Assembly: GCA_003221695.1 (NCBI GenBank) | Contig: QHSX01000041.1 | Span: forward strand, 93,486 to 157,485 | From: Candidatus Rokuibacteriota bacterium | GTDB taxonomy: Bacteria; Methylomirabilota; Methylomirabilia; Rokubacteriales; CSP1-6 | Direction of reading: 5' to 3' | Length of the DNA stretch: 64,000 nucleotides | Shown here: positions 47,188 through 57,548 of the stretch, piece after piece | How the letters are laid out: each line of letters begins with the position of its first letter | Position numbering within the stretch: the stretch's first letter is position 1 | The notes under the pieces: model-generated | Database searches by the model: none | The model's input: only the letters and a program-made list of their open reading frames with translations | What the model was told of the DNA's origin: nothing | Program-made: the position numbers and the translations under genes

Positions 47188-47697
47188 TCAGGCGTCGCCT
47201 CGGTAGGTGACGGTCAGCTCCGGGCCGTTGCGGAGAGTCTGATACACGACGCAGTAGCGTTCGGTCAGCTCGAGCAGCTTCTGCCGGGCCTCGGGACCGG
47301 CCTCGGTCTCGAGCGTGATCAATAGCCGGATGTGTCTGAAGCCGACCGAAGCGTCCTTCGCCAGGCCGAGCGTGCCTCGAAAGTCGAGGTCACCCTCGGC
47401 GGTGACGCGACCCCCACGCAACTCTATGCCGAGGGATGTGGCGACCGCCGAGAGCGTCACACCGGCGCACGCCACGAGCGCTTCGAGAAGCATGTCGCCG
47501 GAGCACGCCAACGTCCCGGTGCCTCCCGTCGCGGGATGGAGGCCGGCCTCGACGAGCGCGCGCGCGGTGGCGACCCGGCAGGAAACGCCGTCGCCGAGCC
47601 GGCCCTCTGCCTTGAGCGTCACGAGCGCCGCAGCCGGGTCGTCGCGATAGCGTTGCTTGATGGGCGCCTGGAGTGCGCGAAGGTCGTCGCGGTTCAT
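47188..47697 (-). CDS. OsmC/Ohr-family peroxiredoxin-like protein
   Basis: 169 aa with an OsmC fold pattern and the two conserved Cys (GVSCRV... and ERYCVVYQTL). Confidence 0.75.
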   Translation of the reverse strand: MNRDDLRALQAPIKQRYRDDPAAALVTLKAEGRLGDGVSCRVATARALVEAGLHPATGGTGTLACSGDMLLEALVACAGVTLSAVATSLGIELRGGRVTAEGDLDFRGTLGLAKDASVGFRHIRLLITLETEAGPEARQKLLELTERYCVVYQTLRNGPELTVTYRGDA

Positions 47698-47795
47698 GGG
47701 GTCTTCTCCCGATTCCGCAGCCTATCACGAGGGCGCCACGGCCCGCCGCGCGGTCTGCTACACTGCGCGCGCGATCCCGAGCAAAGGAGGCGGCC

Positions 47796-48908
47796 ATGGC
47801 GGAGACGGCGAGGATGGCGGTGTTCCACGGGGCGGGGAAGCCGTTCGAGATCCGCGAGTACCCGGTGCCGGACCCGGAGCCGGGGGCGATGCTCATCAAG
47901 GTCGCGCTCGCCAACGTGTGTGGCTCGGACCTCCACTACTGGCGGGGAGAGCTGGACTACGCGAAGATGGGCCGGCCGCTCCCGCTCAACACGGGGCACG
48001 AGCACGTGGGGCGCGTGGCGAAGCTCGGGCAGGGGGTGACGACCGACTCCGCCGGTCAGCCCCTCGCGGTGGGCGACCGCGTCGCCTACCGGTACTTCTT
48101 CCCGTGCGGGCGCTGCCGCGCCTGTCTCCGGCAACGCACCAAGTCGTGCCCGGTGCGTCAGGCCAACTGGCTCGTCTCGTGCGAGGTGTGGCCGCACTTC
48201 CAGGGGGGCTTCGGCCAGTACTTCTACCTGCGCCCGAACCACGCCGTGTTCAAGCTCCCGGACGCGATCACCGACGAGATGGCGGCGGGCGTGAACTGCG
48301 CCTACACCCAGGTCTACGCCGGCCTCGACCTGGCCGACCTCCGCCCCGGGCAGATCGTCGTCATCCAGGGCGCGGGCGGCCTCGGCGTCTACGCGTGCGC
48401 GGTGGCGCGCGAGATGGGGGCGGGGCGCGTGATCGTCATCGACGGCGTCGACGAGCGCCTCGCGCTGGCGCGACGGTTCGGCGCCGACACGATCGTCGAC
48501 CTGCGCGAGCACCCGACGCCCGAGGCCCGTGTGAAGCAGGTCAAGGCGCTCACGGACGGCTGGGGCGGCGACATCGTCATGGAGTTGGTCGGCAACCCGA
48601 AGGTGGTCGACGAGGGGCTCCGGATGACGGCGCCCGAGGGGACGTATCTGGAGATCGGCAATATCAACATCGGCTGGAAGGCGGAGTTCGATCCCGCGTG
48701 GATCATCTTCGGCAACCGTAAGATCCTCGGCCTCGCCCACTACGAAGCCGAGCATCTGCGCGGCGCGCTCGACCTCATGCACCGCACGCGCACGCGCTAT
48801 CCGTGGGACAAGGTCGTCTCCCACACGTTCCCGCTCGAGGCGATCAACGACGCCTTCGTTCAACAGGATCGGGGCCACGTGACGCGCGCCGCGATCGTCC
48901 CGAGCTGA
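47796..48908 (+). CDS. zinc-dependent alcohol dehydrogenase (MDR) family protein
   Basis: ATG at 47796 with RBS AAAGGAGG. Catalytic Zn ligands (CGSDLH, GHEHVG) and structural Zn cluster (CGRCRAC...C), plus GAGGLG Rossmann motif. Confidence 0.85.
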   Translation: MAETARMAVFHGAGKPFEIREYPVPDPEPGAMLIKVALANVCGSDLHYWRGELDYAKMGRPLPLNTGHEHVGRVAKLGQGVTTDSAGQPLAVGDRVAYRYFFPCGRCRACLRQRTKSCPVRQANWLVSCEVWPHFQGGFGQYFYLRPNHAVFKLPDAITDEMAAGVNCAYTQVYAGLDLADLRPGQIVVIQGAGGLGVYACAVAREMGAGRVIVIDGVDERLALARRFGADTIVDLREHPTPEARVKQVKALTDGWGGDIVMELVGNPKVVDEGLRMTAPEGTYLEIGNINIGWKAEFDPAWIIFGNRKILGLAHYEAEHLRGALDLMHRTRTRYPWDKVVSHTFPLEAINDAFVQQDRGHVTRAAIVPS

Positions 48909-48939
48909 GGGCCGGCGCGCGGGTCAGGGAGCCCGGTCT

Positions 48940-49716
48940 ATGGAGCTCAGCGGACAGGTCGCGATCGTCACCGGCGCGGGCCGCGGCATCGGTCGGGCCA
49001 CCGCGCTCGAGCTGGCGCGGATGGGGGCCGACATCGTCGTCGCCGAGCTCGACCGCGCCGGGGCCGAGCGCACCGCCGCGGAGGTGAAAGGGCTCGGGCG
49101 CCGCGTCAGCGTCGTGCCGACCGACGTCACCGTGCGGGCCCACCTCGCCACGATGGCGGAGCGCACGCGCGCCGAGTTCGGGCGGATCGACATCCTCGTG
49201 AACAACGCCGGCGTCTACCGCGCAGCCGCGCCGCTCGACGTCACCGAGGAGCACTGGGACGCGGTGCTGAGCGTCAACGCCAAGGCGGTGTTCTTCGGGT
49301 GTCAGGCGGTGCTGCCCATGATGATCGCGCAGAAGCGGGGCAGTATCGTGAGCGTCGCGTCGATGGCGGGCAAGGTCGGCAACCGCAACAACCTCCCCTA
49401 CAACGCAAGCAAGGCCGCCGTGATCAGCATCACCAAGAGCCTCGCGCTCGCTCACGCCAAGGACGGCATCCGGGTGAACTGCGTCTGCCCGGGCTTCGTG
49501 GAGACCGACATGTGGGCCGCCGTCGCGCGCGAGCAGGGCGCCCTGATGAGCCTCTCGCCCGAGGAGTTCACGCGACAGCGCGCCGCGCAGGTGCCGCTCG
49601 GGCGCATGGAGCGTCCGGAGGACGTGGCCAACGTGATCGGGTTTCTCGCGTCGAGCAAGTCGGGTTACATGACGGGCCAGGCGCTGAGCGTCGACGGCGG
49701 CCTCGTCATGCACTGA
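48940..49716 (+). CDS. SDR-family oxidoreductase
   Basis: TGAGRGIGRA, NNAG and YNASKAAV motifs. Confidence 0.85.
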   Translation: MELSGQVAIVTGAGRGIGRATALELARMGADIVVAELDRAGAERTAAEVKGLGRRVSVVPTDVTVRAHLATMAERTRAEFGRIDILVNNAGVYRAAAPLDVTEEHWDAVLSVNAKAVFFGCQAVLPMMIAQKRGSIVSVASMAGKVGNRNNLPYNASKAAVISITKSLALAHAKDGIRVNCVCPGFVETDMWAAVAREQGALMSLSPEEFTRQRAAQVPLGRMERPEDVANVIGFLASSKSGYMTGQALSVDGGLVMH

Positions 49717-49874
49717 GCAAAATAATCTACCAGCCACGCGGTTGACCCGCCGGACCTTCCGGGATTCCCCTCCGTTCGATTCCGGTATTCCTCCGATAGT
49801 CCCCGCCGAATCGGAAGCTCACAGTGGGCTGTCGCATGCAGGCGATCGGCGGGCCGTTCGCGGGGAGGCGCCGA

Positions 49875-51560
49875 ATGAAGACTGCAACGCTCTTGCTTTT
49901 CAGCCTTTCCTTCGTGTCGCTCGTCCACGGCGTACCCGAAGTCGAAGGGCAACCCTCCTGGCCGGACACGGTTCGTTTTCTTGAGCAATCGACATTCGGT
50001 CCGACCGTTCCGCTGATCACGAACGTTCAGCAAGCCGGGTTCGAGGCGTTCCTGGCCGAGCAGCTCGCGGCGCCGATGACCGGATACCCGGATCTGGAGT
50101 TTTGGCCACAGAATCGCCCGGCGAGCTGCACGGGAGATTGCCAACGAGACAACTACACAAATTATCTGCTTCAGCGCCAGTTCTTTCTGAACGCCTTGAA
50201 CGGCCAAGACCAGCTGCGCCAGAGAGTCGCGTTTGCGTTGAGCCAGATCCTGGTGGTCTCCCGGGTGGACGTTCCTCTCCCGAGCTGGATGCGAAGCTAC
50301 CAGCAACTGCTCCATCGCAGCGCCTTTGGCAACTTTCGCCAACTCCTCTATGACGTGACCCTGCATCCGACGATGGGTCGCTTCCTCGACATGCTGAACA
50401 ACCGCTGTCAAGCTCGCACGCCCCCCGAGCCGACCGTCTGCAGGAACGGCCTGCGAGCCCAGCCGAACGAAAATTACGCACGCGAGATCTTGCAGCTGTT
50501 CTCCGTCGGGACGTTTCGCTTGAATCCGGATGGCACGCGGCAATTGGATGGCTCCGGCAACCCGATTCCCACCTATGATCAGCAGACGGTCGGGGAGTTT
50601 TCGCGCGTGTTTACCGGCTGGATCCTGGCTCCTGCGTTGCCTGGTCCATCCGGTATCGGCGGAACGGTCCCGAACTATCGGGATCCGATGAGGGTCCGGC
50701 AAGACGCGCTCGGGCGTGAGGACTATCACGACAGGGGGCCCAAGACGTTGTTGGGCGGCTTCGCATTGCCTGGAGGACAACCGCAAGCGGAGGAGCTGAA
50801 CGCGGCGATCGACAGTATCGCGAATCACCCGAACGTCGCGCCGTTCATCGGGAAGCAGCTCATCCAGCACCTGGTGACCAGCAATCCGACTCCCGACTAC
50901 GTCGGGCGCGTCGCCCTCGTATTCGCCGCCGGCCGCAATTCTCCGACTCAGCTCTATGACGTCGTGCGAGCGATTCTGCTCGATCCGGAAGCACGCGGCG
51001 ATCTGAAAGACCCCGCGTCCGAGCCTCACTACGGCAAGCTGCGCGAACCGGTCCAATTCATCACCAATATCCTGCGCGCATTCAGTGCGACCAGCGACGG
51101 GGTGTTGAACTCGCTCAGTGTGGGCGGCTCGGCGATCGGCTCAGCCGAGATGGGCCAGGACCTCTTCAATCCGCCATCGGTGTTCAGTTTCTACCCCCCC
51201 ACGGCCAGAGTGCCTGGCGAAGGGGTCCTCGGCCCGCAATTCGCGCTCTTCTCCTCCTTGACCTCGCTCCGCCGCGCCAACTTCGCCAATCGGGTGATCT
51301 TTTCCACGATTCCGGCCGCGGCCCCGAATCGACCCACCGGCACGTCGATCGACCTCGCCCAGTGGGATGCTCTCGCGAACGACCCAGAGCAGCTGATCGC
51401 TTCGCTGAGCGGGTTGCTCTTGCACGGAGCGATGTCGACCGAGATGCGCGATGCGATACGGGCTGCCGTGGACAGTATTCCGGCTTCAAACTCTCGCGCG
51501 CGCGTGCGGACGGCGATCTATCTCATCGCGACGTCGTCGCAGTATCAAGTGCAGCGGTAG
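49875..51560 (+). CDS. DUF1800 domain protein (secreted)
   Basis: Start at the internal Met (MKTATLLLFSLSFVSLVHG signal) with RBS GGGGAGG. Conserved DUF1800 architecture, always paired with DUF1501. Confidence 0.7.
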   Translation: MKTATLLLFSLSFVSLVHGVPEVEGQPSWPDTVRFLEQSTFGPTVPLITNVQQAGFEAFLAEQLAAPMTGYPDLEFWPQNRPASCTGDCQRDNYTNYLLQRQFFLNALNGQDQLRQRVAFALSQILVVSRVDVPLPSWMRSYQQLLHRSAFGNFRQLLYDVTLHPTMGRFLDMLNNRCQARTPPEPTVCRNGLRAQPNENYAREILQLFSVGTFRLNPDGTRQLDGSGNPIPTYDQQTVGEFSRVFTGWILAPALPGPSGIGGTVPNYRDPMRVRQDALGREDYHDRGPKTLLGGFALPGGQPQAEELNAAIDSIANHPNVAPFIGKQLIQHLVTSNPTPDYVGRVALVFAAGRNSPTQLYDVVRAILLDPEARGDLKDPASEPHYGKLREPVQFITNILRAFSATSDGVLNSLSVGGSAIGSAEMGQDLFNPPSVFSFYPPTARVPGEGVLGPQFALFSSLTSLRRANFANRVIFSTIPAAAPNRPTGTSIDLAQWDALANDPEQLIASLSGLLLHGAMSTEMRDAIRAAVDSIPASNSRARVRTAIYLIATSSQYQVQR

Positions 51561-51572
51561 CAGGAGACAGCC

Positions 51573-52985
51573 ATGACCATGACGCGCAGAGAAGTTCTCT
51601 GTCGATCATTCGGCGCATTTGGCGCCGCGGCCCTCGCGTTCGAGCGTTTCGGTCTGCTCAACGCCCTCGCTCAGTCGGCGGATTACCGAGCCCTGGTCTG
51701 CATCTTTCTCTTCGGTGGCAACGACAGCGGGAACATGGTGATCCCGTACGACGACTACGCGACCTATGCGTCGACTCGACAGAACGGTGGCCTGGCGATA
51801 CCGCAGACCAGCCTGCTACAGATCGATGTGCCGAGCAGCGGCAGCCGATTCGGACTGCATCCGAGCCTGACGGGCCTGCATGAGCTTTGGGGCCAAGGGA
51901 AGGCCGCGGTGGTGTGCAATGTGGGCTCGCTGGTGGAGCCGACCAATCGCGACTCATACAGGAACAGAACGGTACGGATTCCGGCCAACCTCTTCTCGCA
52001 CTCGGATCAGCAGAATCAGTGGCAGACATCCGTCGCCGAGGGGTCCAGTGCCACAGGATGGGGCGGGCGGACGGCCGACAGAACGGGTGATTTCAACGCA
52101 ACCAGCTTCCCGCCGGTGACCTCCACGGCCGGGACACCCATCTTTACCTCCGGGAGCGTGGAGCGCCCGCTCGCCATCGCCGCGGCGCCGACGCGGCTCG
52201 ATGGAGCGCTGCGGCTCGACGGCTTTCCAAACCCGCCGGATAATGACGCACGATATGTCGCGCTACAGAATTTGCTTCTCCTCGATCAGGGCACGACGCT
52301 GGTGCGCGGCGCAAGCCGGGTGACGGCTGAGGCCGTGGCGATCGAACGCGCCCTGCGGGCCGCGGGCGACCCGGTGGTTCCGCCGTTTCCGTTGAGTCCC
52401 CGCACCAGCCTCGGCAACCAGTTAGAGCAGATCGCCAAGCTCATCAGCTTGAGAAACGAGCTCGGCATGCGTCGGCAAATCTTTTTCTGCTCGCTCGGAG
52501 GATTCGACACGCATAGCGGCCAGGTCGTCGGCGGCAATCCCGCAGCGGGCGGCCACGCCAACCTCTTGTCTCAGGTCAGCAATGCCATGCGGTCGTTCTA
52601 CGACGCGACCGTCGCGCTCGGGGTGGCCTCGCAGGTCGTGACGTTCACCCTCTCCGACTTTGCGCGGACGCACGTGCCCAACGGAACTCTGGGGACGGAC
52701 CACGCGTGGGGCTCGCATCAATTCGTCGTGGGCGGGTCCGTCCTCGGTGGTGACTTCTACGGTGTGGCCGGGTCGAACGGTACCGTGTTCCCGACGTTGG
52801 CGCCCAGTGGGCCGGACGATACGGACGACGGAGGGAACGCAAGAGGGCGCTGGATTCCAACGACCGCCATCGACCAGTACGGCGCCACGCTCGCGTCGTG
52901 GTTTGGTGTCTCGGGCGTCGACCTGCCCGCGGTGTTTCCGAATGTCGGACGATTCAGCCCGACGACGCTCGGCTTTCTCGGCTAG
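51573..52985 (+). CDS. DUF1501 domain protein (Tat-exported, sulfatase/phosphatase-like fold)
   Basis: Tat signal (MTRREVLCRSFGAFGAAALA). Conserved GGNDSGNMVIPY... and FDTHS regions of DUF1501. Confidence 0.75.
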   Translation: MTMTRREVLCRSFGAFGAAALAFERFGLLNALAQSADYRALVCIFLFGGNDSGNMVIPYDDYATYASTRQNGGLAIPQTSLLQIDVPSSGSRFGLHPSLTGLHELWGQGKAAVVCNVGSLVEPTNRDSYRNRTVRIPANLFSHSDQQNQWQTSVAEGSSATGWGGRTADRTGDFNATSFPPVTSTAGTPIFTSGSVERPLAIAAAPTRLDGALRLDGFPNPPDNDARYVALQNLLLLDQGTTLVRGASRVTAEAVAIERALRAAGDPVVPPFPLSPRTSLGNQLEQIAKLISLRNELGMRRQIFFCSLGGFDTHSGQVVGGNPAAGGHANLLSQVSNAMRSFYDATVALGVASQVVTFTLSDFARTHVPNGTLGTDHAWGSHQFVVGGSVLGGDFYGVAGSNGTVFPTLAPSGPDDTDDGGNARGRWIPTTAIDQYGATLASWFGVSGVDLPAVFPNVGRFSPTTLGFLG

Positions 52986-53013
52986 CCCGCGCGACGACGC
53001 GCTCCTGCGCCCC

Positions 53014-54525
53014 TCAGACGCCGCCGACGTACCGGGTGACGTGATACGGCCCGTGGGCCAGGCCGGAGCAGAAGCGGCCGACCACCGGCGCCAGCCGCTC
53101 GTAGAGCTCCTTCGTCGACGCGTTGACACCGGCCAGGCGCTGCCGCGCGAGCTCCGCCTCTTGCGCGAGGGCGGTCACGTCGACCGTCGTGACGCGGCGA
53201 TCCTGGACGATCATCCGGCCGCCGATCATCACGTGCCGCACGGCGCCGCCGTCTTCCGTGTGGACGAGCTGGTTGGTGGGATCGTTGAGGGGGATCCAGT
53301 TGACGTGGCCGAGGTCGAGGAAGGCGATGTCGGCCTTGTAGCCAACCGCCAACCGGCCGATCCGCCCACCGAAGCCGAGTGTCCGCGCGCTGCCTTCGGT
53401 CGCAGCGGCCGCGACCTCCTCCGTCGTCACCCAGCGCTCGCAGTCGGGGCGCTGGGCCTTGGAGACGAACGAGGCCAGACGCATCGCCTCGTACATGTTC
53501 AAGTTGTCGGCGCAGTTGGCGCCGTCGGTCCCCAGGCCGACGTTCACCCTGTGATCGAGCATCGCCCGCATGTCGCCGAGCCCGTTGCCCAGGCGCATGT
53601 TGCTGCCCGGATTGTGCGCGACGGAGGCGCCGTGGTCGCCGAGCCGGGTCATGTCGTCCGCGTCGAGCCACACCCCGTGGGCGACCGTGAAGTGCGGCCC
53701 GAGCGCGCCGAGGTCGTCGAGGTGCGCCGTGAGCGTCTTGCCGTAGCGCTGGAGCCCGACGATCGCCTGGACCTTCGACTCGGCGACGTGGCTGTGGAGC
53801 CCGACCCCGTGCTCCCTGGCCAGCTCCACGCAGGCGCGGATGAAGTCGTCCGAGCAGTGGTGTGGAATCGTGGGGGCGATGGCGAGTCCTACCTGGTCGC
53901 GATCGAGCGTCCAGCGGCGCAGCGCCTCCCGCATGTTGGCGACGCTCGTCTTCCCCGGCGCCAGACGGAGCGTCTCGACGTCCGTCTGCATCGCCGGCGT
54001 CAGCGCTTCCATGAGCGCGGGGATCGCCTCGAAGAACGTGCGGTCCGCGACCATCGGTGCCAGGACCGCCCGCATGCCCACCTCCGCGTAGGCGCGGCCG
54101 ACCGCCTCCAGCCCCTCGGGCGTCGGCGCGGGCCACTCGAACGGGAGGTCGTAGCAGGCCGTACAGCCCTTGAGGACCATCTCGACCGCACCGAGCTTGG
54201 CGCTGAGGTATTTGTCGTCCAGCGAGCGGCCGCCGCTGATCCATGGTCCGGCCGTGAGCAGCAGCTCGAGCGTCCAGCGGTCGCCCATGCCCTTGGCGAG
54301 ATTCCCGTGGGCGTGCGTGTGGGCGTTGATCAGCCCGGGATGGAGCAGCGTGCCGCGGGCGTCCACGACCGTCGCGCCCGCCGGCGCCGCCAGGCCGGGC
54401 GCACCGATCTCCGCGATGCTATCGCCCGCGACGAGGATGTCCGTGAGATGGGCGCGGTGGGCGCGGATGTCGAGGAGGCGGCCGCCGCGGATGACGGTGG
54501 CCTTGGCGGTCTCGTTCTTCAGCAT
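53014..54525 (-). CDS. amidohydrolase-family metallo-dependent deaminase/chlorohydrolase-like protein
   Basis: HPGLINAHTHAHG metal motif, HVAES and a downstream D/H ligand. Typical of the guanine / SAH-MTA / 8-oxoguanine deaminase subgroup. Confidence 0.8.
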   Translation of the reverse strand: MLKNETAKATVIRGGRLLDIRAHRAHLTDILVAGDSIAEIGAPGLAAPAGATVVDARGTLLHPGLINAHTHAHGNLAKGMGDRWTLELLLTAGPWISGGRSLDDKYLSAKLGAVEMVLKGCTACYDLPFEWPAPTPEGLEAVGRAYAEVGMRAVLAPMVADRTFFEAIPALMEALTPAMQTDVETLRLAPGKTSVANMREALRRWTLDRDQVGLAIAPTIPHHCSDDFIRACVELAREHGVGLHSHVAESKVQAIVGLQRYGKTLTAHLDDLGALGPHFTVAHGVWLDADDMTRLGDHGASVAHNPGSNMRLGNGLGDMRAMLDHRVNVGLGTDGANCADNLNMYEAMRLASFVSKAQRPDCERWVTTEEVAAAATEGSARTLGFGGRIGRLAVGYKADIAFLDLGHVNWIPLNDPTNQLVHTEDGGAVRHVMIGGRMIVQDRRVTTVDVTALAQEAELARQRLAGVNASTKELYERLAPVVGRFCSGLAHGPYHVTRYVGGV

Positions 54526-54546
54526 CAGTCCTCTCCTGGCGGCCGA

Positions 54547-54852
54547 CTACCTGTACTCGCGCGGGAAGATCGTCGTGCAGCGAATTGGCTGGCTCGCCTC
54601 CGCGAGGCACACCTCGGCGGCCCGCCGCCAGCGCGGGTAGTGCGGCGTCGCCCGATGCGCTTCGAGTGCCGCCTCGTCGCGATAGACCTCGTAGAAGAAG
54701 AAGTGGTTCGGGTCAGCCTGGTCCTGGAGCACATCGAAGCGCCGACAGCCAGGCTCGTCACGGACGGAGCAGGTCGAGTCGTCCGCCGCAGCCTCGAGGA
54801 ACCGGTCGCGCATCTCCGGTTTGACCTTGAGCGACACGATCAACGCGAACAT
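54547..54852 (-). CDS. ABM-domain (antibiotic biosynthesis monooxygenase-like) protein
   Basis: About 100 aa from the internal Met (MFALIVSLKVKPEMRDRFLEAA...FFYEVYRDEAALEAH), the ABM fold pattern. Confidence 0.6.
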   Translation of the reverse strand: MFALIVSLKVKPEMRDRFLEAAADDSTCSVRDEPGCRRFDVLQDQADPNHFFFYEVYRDEAALEAHRATPHYPRWRRAAEVCLAEASQPIRCTTIFPREYR

Positions 54853-54887
54853 GGGCTCCTCCTCTCCTGGCGTATAGTACAAGCATC

Positions 54888-55937
54888 ATGAGCCAACCGC
54901 CCGAGCCCCCGCGCTTCGTCACCCTGCCCGAGATCCGCCGTGCGGCCAGGGAGCGCCTGCCCCGCGAGGTGTGGAACTTCGGCGACGGCGGCGCCGAGAC
55001 GGAGACGACGCTCCGCCGCAACCGCCGCCACCTCGACCGCCTCGCCATCCAGCAGAATATCCTCGTCGACGTCCGCACGATCGATCTCCGAACGAGCCTT
55101 CTCGGCGTGCCGCTCGCGTGGCCGGTGGCCGTCGCGCCGATGGGCGGTCTCGTCCTCTTCCACCCCGAGGGCGACGTCGAGATGGCGCGCGGGGCGGGGA
55201 AGGCCGACACGCTCCAGTGGCTCTCCGGCGCCACCGGGTGGCCCGTCGAGGAGGTCGCCAGGGCCGGCATGGCGCCCCAGATGTTCCAGCTCTACCATCA
55301 CGGCGACCGCGGGTGGGTCGGTGACCTGCTCGCGCGCGTCGAGGCCTCCGGATACCTGGCGGTCGCCCTCACCGTCGACGTCCAGCTCTACGGCCGCCGC
55401 GAGCGCGACATCCTCGCGCGCTGGAGCCCGCGCAAAGCCATGGAGATCGCCCCGAACCCGCGCGGGCCGAACCCCGAGTATCAGGCGCGGCTCACGTGGG
55501 ACGACGTCGAGTGGCTGCTGAAGACGACGAAGCTCCCCGTGGGACTGAAAGGGATCATGACGGTGCGCGACGCCCGCCGCGCCGTGGACATGGGGGTGCG
55601 CCTGATCTGGGTCTCCAACCACGGCGGTCGCCAGCTCGACCAGACGCAATCGACCATCGACGCCCTTCCCCCCATCGTCGACGCCGTGGGCGATCGTGCC
55701 GACGTCGTGGTCGACGGCGGCTTCGCGCGCGGGACCGATGTGGTGAAAGGACTCGCGCGTGGCGCGAAGGTGGTGGCGGTGGGGCGACCGGCCCTCTGGG
55801 GCCTCGCCGCCGACGGCGCCGCCGGCGTCGCGCGCGCCTTCGAGATCCTGCGTGAGGAAGTGCGCACGACAATGGGTCTGGCGGGCCGCACGCGGATCGC
55901 CGATCTGACGCGCGACTTGATCTTCAGGGTCGATTGA
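54888..55937 (+). CDS. FMN-dependent alpha-hydroxy-acid dehydrogenase/oxidase family protein
   Basis: Family motifs are present throughout (PVAVAPMG, QLY, SNHGGRQLD, VVVDGGFARGTDVVKGLARGA). Confidence 0.85.
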   Translation: MSQPPEPPRFVTLPEIRRAARERLPREVWNFGDGGAETETTLRRNRRHLDRLAIQQNILVDVRTIDLRTSLLGVPLAWPVAVAPMGGLVLFHPEGDVEMARGAGKADTLQWLSGATGWPVEEVARAGMAPQMFQLYHHGDRGWVGDLLARVEASGYLAVALTVDVQLYGRRERDILARWSPRKAMEIAPNPRGPNPEYQARLTWDDVEWLLKTTKLPVGLKGIMTVRDARRAVDMGVRLIWVSNHGGRQLDQTQSTIDALPPIVDAVGDRADVVVDGGFARGTDVVKGLARGAKVVAVGRPALWGLAADGAAGVARAFEILREEVRTTMGLAGRTRIADLTRDLIFRVD

Positions 55938-55959
55938 GCTACTAACCCGGGACGAGGCC

Positions 55960-57513
55960 ATGGCCACGACGACCGCGGTCACGAGCGAGCGAGGGTGCGC
56001 CGCCGAGTACGCCCGGCTGGAGGAGCGGATCCTGGCGCGGGACCAGGTCGGCGCCAGCCGCGTGCTGTACGGGCTTTTGAAGCAGGCGCGGCCGGTCACC
56101 GAGATCCTGCGCGAGACCGTGCGGATCCACGCGCCGTACACGCACGTCCCCTACCATCAGCGGCTCGACGACGGCGTGGTCAAGTTCGTGAACAACGACC
56201 ACTGCCTGCTGAGCGAGCGCGTCGGCCTGCCGCTCATGACGGTGATCCGGCCGGAGCTCGCCCTGCTGCCTCTGGCCCAGTCCGTCTGGTACATCCCCTC
56301 GGGCCTCGATCCGTGGAACCAGCTCCTCGGCCGGGCGCCGGGCCACTACACGCGCCTGTACGAGATCGCCGTGAACCAGGAGCCCCCGGTGCCCGAGGTG
56401 CATTGGCCGGACCAGGAGCCGCACGAGATCGACGGCTCGCTCGGCGAACGCCTCAACCACTGGCTCACCCTCGTCCAGCGCGGTGAGGTGCTCGCCGCGT
56501 ACCGGGTCTTCCTCGGGCTGATGGCGGACGCTGCGAACCGAAGGCCGGTGCTCGCCCATCTCGCCTTCGCCGGGCTGATCGACGTCCAGGACCGGATGCT
56601 CCACAACCGCTCCTACACGACGGGCCACAAGGCCTACCGCGCGCGCGCCACCATCGAGCTCGGGGAAGCCCTGGGCTGGGAGAGGGCACGCAGCGTGCTC
56701 TACGCCGGCGTGCCGGACATCGCGGTGGGCCCGCGCTGGTACTCGACCTACGAGATGGGCTCGAACGTGGTCCAGAACGTGCTCGACGGGCGCGATGCGG
56801 AGCTCCTGCGTCAGGACACGCCCCTCACCGCGGCCGAAGAGGCGATGCTGGTCGAGACGATCACCCGCCAGCGTGAATCCTCCGTCATCGACGCGCTCGT
56901 GGCGCTCCTCAAGGCGGGACGGGGCCCGCGGCGGATCCTCGACGCGATCCAGGTGGCCGCGGCCGAGGTCATCCTTGAGACAGGACACCCCAACAACTTC
57001 TCGATGGCGCAGCACGGCTACGAGTACTGCAACACGCTCGGGTGGTTCTACGACACGTTCGAGCACCCGCGGCGCCTTCCGCTCCTGTTCGTCGCGGCGT
57101 CCTTCATCAACCGGGCGGCCGAGCACCAGGCCAACACGCCGAACAACGGGCGCAAGGCCATCACGCCACCCCCGGGCGCGGACGCCTGGTCGTCGCGCCG
57201 CCTGCTCGAGACGTTGGACGCGGCGCTCCTCGCCCTCCGGCCCGACGAGGCGGTCGCGCTCACCGCGACCTATCTGAAAGCGGGCTTCGACCGCGCCCCG
57301 CTGGTCCAGGCGCTGGCCACGGCGGCCTGCACGCTCGGGAACGACCCCCACAACCAGGAGCTCGGGCTCTGCCTGTTGGAGGACTTCCGCCACACCAGGG
57401 CCGCCGACCGCGATCGGTTGCTCCTCGCCAGCGCCCAGCACACCGCGGGGCACCGCAAGTACGGCGACCCGTTGGAGGCCTACCGGCGCTTCGCCGAAGC
57501 GATGGAAGTATGA
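55960..57513 (+). CDS. conserved hypothetical protein (517 aa, no recognised domain)
   Basis: Long ORF with protein-like composition, tightly spaced between the FMN-dehydrogenase and the cytochrome c peroxidase genes (22-nt and 35-nt gaps). Confidence 0.55.
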   Translation: MATTTAVTSERGCAAEYARLEERILARDQVGASRVLYGLLKQARPVTEILRETVRIHAPYTHVPYHQRLDDGVVKFVNNDHCLLSERVGLPLMTVIRPELALLPLAQSVWYIPSGLDPWNQLLGRAPGHYTRLYEIAVNQEPPVPEVHWPDQEPHEIDGSLGERLNHWLTLVQRGEVLAAYRVFLGLMADAANRRPVLAHLAFAGLIDVQDRMLHNRSYTTGHKAYRARATIELGEALGWERARSVLYAGVPDIAVGPRWYSTYEMGSNVVQNVLDGRDAELLRQDTPLTAAEEAMLVETITRQRESSVIDALVALLKAGRGPRRILDAIQVAAAEVILETGHPNNFSMAQHGYEYCNTLGWFYDTFEHPRRLPLLFVAASFINRAAEHQANTPNNGRKAITPPPGADAWSSRRLLETLDAALLALRPDEAVALTATYLKAGFDRAPLVQALATAACTLGNDPHNQELGLCLLEDFRHTRAADRDRLLLASAQHTAGHRKYGDPLEAYRRFAEAMEV

Positions 57514-57548
57514 CACCATGTCAGTCATCCGGTGTTAAAGGAGGCTGG

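Noticed and set aside
49716-49875. Possible sigma-70 promoter (TTGACC ...) and hairpin CCGGACCTTCCGGG upstream of the DUF1800 gene
   Set aside because: No acceptable -10 hexamer at 16-18 nt spacing. Hairpin significance is unclear.
52660-54891. 743-aa plus-strand ORF across the amidohydrolase locus
   Set aside because: It is antisense to a well-supported amidohydrolase with intact metal-binding motifs. Its composition is R/A/G-rich.
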